From Microcoleus sp. (GTDB lineage: Bacteria > Cyanobacteriota > Cyanobacteriia > Cyanobacteriales > Microcoleaceae): DNA of 64,000 bases. Below, one piece after another: positions 60,921 to 64,000 of the stretch. The DNA lies in contig JAYFMW010000005.1 in NCBI GenBank assembly GCA_042408215.1, positions 64,001 through 128,000 of the forward strand, given 5' to 3'. The notes below the pieces were generated by a model that had not been told where the DNA came from, searched no databases, and saw only the letters and a program-made list of their open reading frames with translations. Within the stretch, counting starts at the first letter, position 1; each line of letters opens with the position of its first letter. The position numbers were made by a program, and so were the translations under genes.

Positions 60921-61667
60921 TTACACTTTGCCAAATCGGCGGCAGCGTTTCTGATAAGTAGACAAAGCGCGGTGAAACTCCGATCGATCAAAATCCGGCC
61001 ACAGCGTCTCAGTAATGTAAATTTCCGAATAAGCCATTTGCCAAAGCAGAAAATTGCTCAATCGCATTTCCCCACTCGTCCGAATCAACAAATCCGGGTC
61101 ACAAACATCAGCAGTATACAAATAGCGTTTAAATAAAGCCTCATCAATCTCAGAAGGCTGCAACTTGCCCTCCTGCACCTGAGTCGCGATCGCCCGACAA
61201 GCCTGGACAATCTCCTGACGCCCCCCGTAATTCGTCGCCACCGTAAACCGAATCCCCCGGTTATCCTGAGTTGCTGACACACAACGCTCAATTTCCGCCT
61301 GCAAAGACTTCGGCAAAGCCTGCAAATTCCCCACAAACTGAATTCGCACGTCCTCTGCTACCATCTCCCGCAATTCTTCCCGCAATTTTCCCTCGAACAG
61401 ACTCATCAAAAAATCCACCTCGCCCTCCGGTCGGCCCCAATTCTCCGTCGAAAAAGCATAAACTGTTAAAGCTGGAATACCCCAATCTTTGCAGCATCTG
61501 AGCAGTTCCTTCAGAACGCTCGCCCCTCGGCGGTGGCCCATAATCCTGGGCAACCCCTTATCCTTAGCCCAGCGCCCGTTCCCGTCCATAATCACCGCTA
61601 CGTGCTGAGGTAGCCGTTCTTGTTCTAGATCGGCCGGCAACTCTTCCAAGCAAATTCCTTGACTCAT
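60921..61667 (-). CDS. uppS: Isoprenyl (undecaprenyl diphosphate) transferase
   Basis: [14 protein letters not shown] and [14 protein letters not shown] 61667 overlaps the cdaA stop (ATGA). Confidence 0.95.
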   Translation of the reverse strand: MSQGICLEELPADLEQERLPQHVAVIMDGNGRWAKDKGLPRIMGHRRGASVLKELLRCCKDWGIPALTVYAFSTENWGRPEGEVDFLMSLFEGKLREELREMVAEDVRIQFVGNLQALPKSLQAEIERCVSATQDNRGIRFTVATNYGGRQEIVQACRAIATQVQEGKLQPSEIDEALFKRYLYTADVCDPDLLIRTSGEMRLSNFLLWQMAYSEIYITETLWPDFDRSEFHRALSTYQKRCRRFGKV

Positions 61668-62584
61668 GGTTTCTCCCGATTCGCCGACGACGGACGACGC
61701 AGTATCCGCTTTAATAGTGTCCATACTTTCAATCCTATCTGGCGTCCGAAATTACCTATAGGAATTGGGGTGACAGTTCTTTCTCCCTCCGACGGAAATA
61801 GCTTCGCCTCCAGCAACTCTTTCAGTTTGTTGCTTGTCAAAGGTCGATTTAGAGTTCCCATAAAGGCTAAAGAAATAGAACCCGTTTCCTCAGACACCAC
61901 CACGCACACACAGGCTTGCACCCGTTCGGTAATTCCCATCGCCGCCCGGTGGCGGGTTCCCAACTGTCGCGATGCGGTGCGATCGGACAAAGGCAAAATT
62001 ACCCCCGCCGACACGATCCGCGAAGCTCGAATCAACACAGCCCCATCGTGCAGTAAAGTTTTTGGTTGAAAGATCGTCTGCAACAATTCCTTAGACACTT
62101 CCGCATTTAGCTTCACTCCCGGCACCGAAAAATCCCGATCGTCGATCGGAGCATCTGTTTCTACAATTAGTAAAGCGCCCGTGCGGTTTTGCGAAAGTTC
62201 TTTTACTGCGTCCACAATTTCATCTATTACGCTGTCCGGTTCAGGAGTCGGTCGGCGATCGCGTCCAAACAACTGCAAAATCTCCCCTCTACCCAATTGT
62301 TCCAGAAATCGTCTAAACTCCGACTGCAAGATCACCGCCATTGCTACAGCCGAACCTGTTACCAAGCTGTTGAGCGCCACATTCAGCAGCCTCAATCCAG
62401 CCCAGTTGCTCACTGCCGACGCCAGCATTAAAATAATAAATCCCCGTACCATCCACAGCGTCCGGCGCTCCCCGACAATGACGAGCACCAAATACGCAAG
62501 GGCAAATACCAATCCAATATCGATCGCCTGAATCAGCAAGGATTGAACGAGGCCAAAGTCATAGCCAGATTGTTGATTGTTCAT
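61664..62584 (-). CDS. cdaA: Diadenylate cyclase CdaA
   Basis: Three TM helices; LHDGA and GTRHRAA. Confidence 0.94.
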   Translation of the reverse strand: MNNQQSGYDFGLVQSLLIQAIDIGLVFALAYLVLVIVGERRTLWMVRGFIILMLASAVSNWAGLRLLNVALNSLVTGSAVAMAVILQSEFRRFLEQLGRGEILQLFGRDRRPTPEPDSVIDEIVDAVKELSQNRTGALLIVETDAPIDDRDFSVPGVKLNAEVSKELLQTIFQPKTLLHDGAVLIRASRIVSAGVILPLSDRTASRQLGTRHRAAMGITERVQACVCVVVSEETGSISLAFMGTLNRPLTSNKLKELLEAKLFPSEGERTVTPIPIGNFGRQIGLKVWTLLKRILRRPSSANREKP

Positions 62585-63049
62585 GATTCATTGAACGCTA
62601 CCGCCTCTGAACCGTGAATCTTGATGCACTCGAACCTGTGAACCATCAACGGTTTTTTTTCCCATCTCGTTACTGGAACAAGGCAAAAATGTGGGTGATT
62701 TTTGCATTTTTAATTCCCGTCAAACTGGCCTATCAAATTGTCTGTCTTAAAATACAACTGACGAGGGTAGTAAATACCACAGTTAGTTAATTTTTGAGAC
62801 TCACAGCCGATGAATTCAATAATAATTTTAAACTCATCATCTGTGTAAATTAATATTTGTTGGCATCCAAACAGAATGTTTGTTACCGATACTTTTATAG
62901 CGAAGCTATAGGAGCATATGTTGTCAGATAAGTAGGTCGCTCTAATTAAACGTAAAACGCGCTCCCTGTTAGATCCCCGACTTCTTTAAGAAGTCGGGGA
63001 TCTCAGTATTCTGTAACAACTAAAAATTGATTATGTTACTTTTTACTCT

Positions 63050-64000
63050 TTACTGTTGAGCTGCGAGTCTTTCTGGAAGGCGATCGAACCTCAGCAAATC
63101 CTGGTAAGTTTCCCGCTGTACGATCGTATTAACTTCCCCGTCTCTAACTAAAACCGCCGCCGGTCTGGGTACTCGGTTGTAGTTAGAAGCCATGCTGTAA
63201 TTGTATGCCCCTGTAGCCGTGACTACTAGGACATCTCCAGCCTGACACTCTGGCAACTTAGCATCTTTAATCAGAATATCGCCTGATTCGCAATGTTTAC
63301 CAGCAACTGTCACTGTTTCCGTTAAGGGAGCAGACATTTTGTTGGCTGCGAGAATTCGATAAACCGATTGGTAGGTAATTGGACGCGGATTGTCCGACAT
63401 ACCGCCATCGACTGCTAAATACGTCCGCATTCCCGGAATGACTTTTTTAGAGCCCACGGTGTAAGCTGTGACGCAGGCTGTACCTACGAGCGATCGCCCC
63501 GGTTCGCAAAGCAATTTAGGTAATGGCAATTCATGCCGATCGCAAGCTGCTACGACTGCGGAGCAAATCGTACTAGCCCAATCTTGAATGCTGGGAGGAT
63601 CGTCCGTTTCAGTATAGCGAATGCCCAACCCGCCGCCAATATTAATTTCTGTCGCTGGCAAATCATAACTAAGTGCTTTTGTCAAGGCCTGAATTATGAC
63701 TTCGGCTAAATCGTCATGGGGTTGGAGCTCAAAAATCTGAGAGCCGATGTGAGCGTGTACTCCTACGCAAGATAACGACGGCTGCTGGCTGAGGAAACTA
63801 AAAACTCGATCGAGAGAGTTGGGATCGAATCCAAATTTACTGTCGATTTGGCCAGTTTGAATGTATTCGTGAGTGTGACACTCAATTCCAGGCGTAAACC
63901 GCACCATAACTCGTGTCGGCTCACCTGTCGAGTAGCTGACGCCCAATTTTCCCAACTCTGCTAGAGTCTCTAAATCGAGCCAATTGTCTGCTACGATCGT
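63050..64000 (-). CDS. lysA: Diaminopimelate decarboxylase (5' end outside window)
   Basis: HAHIGSQI, EPGRS, HCESGD and GAYNYSMASNYN. Confidence 0.95.
   Translation of the reverse strand, partial: TIVADNWLDLETLAELGKLGVSYSTGEPTRVMVRFTPGIECHTHEYIQTGQIDSKFGFDPNSLDRVFSFLSQQPSLSCVGVHAHIGSQIFELQPHDDLAEVIIQALTKALSYDLPATEINIGGGLGIRYTETDDPPSIQDWASTICSAVVAACDRHELPLPKLLCEPGRSLVGTACVTAYTVGSKKVIPGMRTYLAVDGGMSDNPRPITYQSVYRILAANKMSAPLTETVTVAGKHCESGDILIKDAKLPECQAGDVLVVTATGAYNYSMASNYNRVPRPAAVLVRDGEVNTIVQRETYQDLLRFDRLPERLAAQQ

Overview
This 64-kb window looks like chromosome from a filamentous cyanobacterium (Oscillatoriales/Microcoleus-like, inferred from abundant HIP1 GCGATCGC sites, heptamer STRR tracts, ycf34, a pucC-like MFS, lysA-cdaA-uppS and NtcA boxes). 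Most of it is housekeeping or metabolic genes (gnd, glnN, hisA, CCA-type nucleotidyltransferase, tsaB, 1-Cys Prx, carotenoid oxygenase, ClC), interleaved with many REP-like palindromes, MITEs and STRRs. The accessory content is: (1) a Type III R-M locus with an ABC-type ATPase plus TOPRIM-like pair and a Uma2 nuclease nested between mod and res, which is the best candidate for an undescribed guard or anti-anti-restriction system; (2) a 77-aa protein gene followed by a stand-alone metacaspase, downstream of a MITE-disrupted LuxR gene; (3) three tnpB-only IS200/IS605 elements plus two TnpB-less mini-elements that keep only the ends and the putative omegaRNA scaffold; (4) a divergent XRE-XRE and RHH-protein module; (5) an Rpn nuclease with a possible internal antitoxin start. 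Four single-base (+1) frameshifts, one in the CCA-type enzyme, suggest assembly errors. No rRNA, tRNA or CRISPR array was recognised. Product calls come from motif recognition, not database searches.
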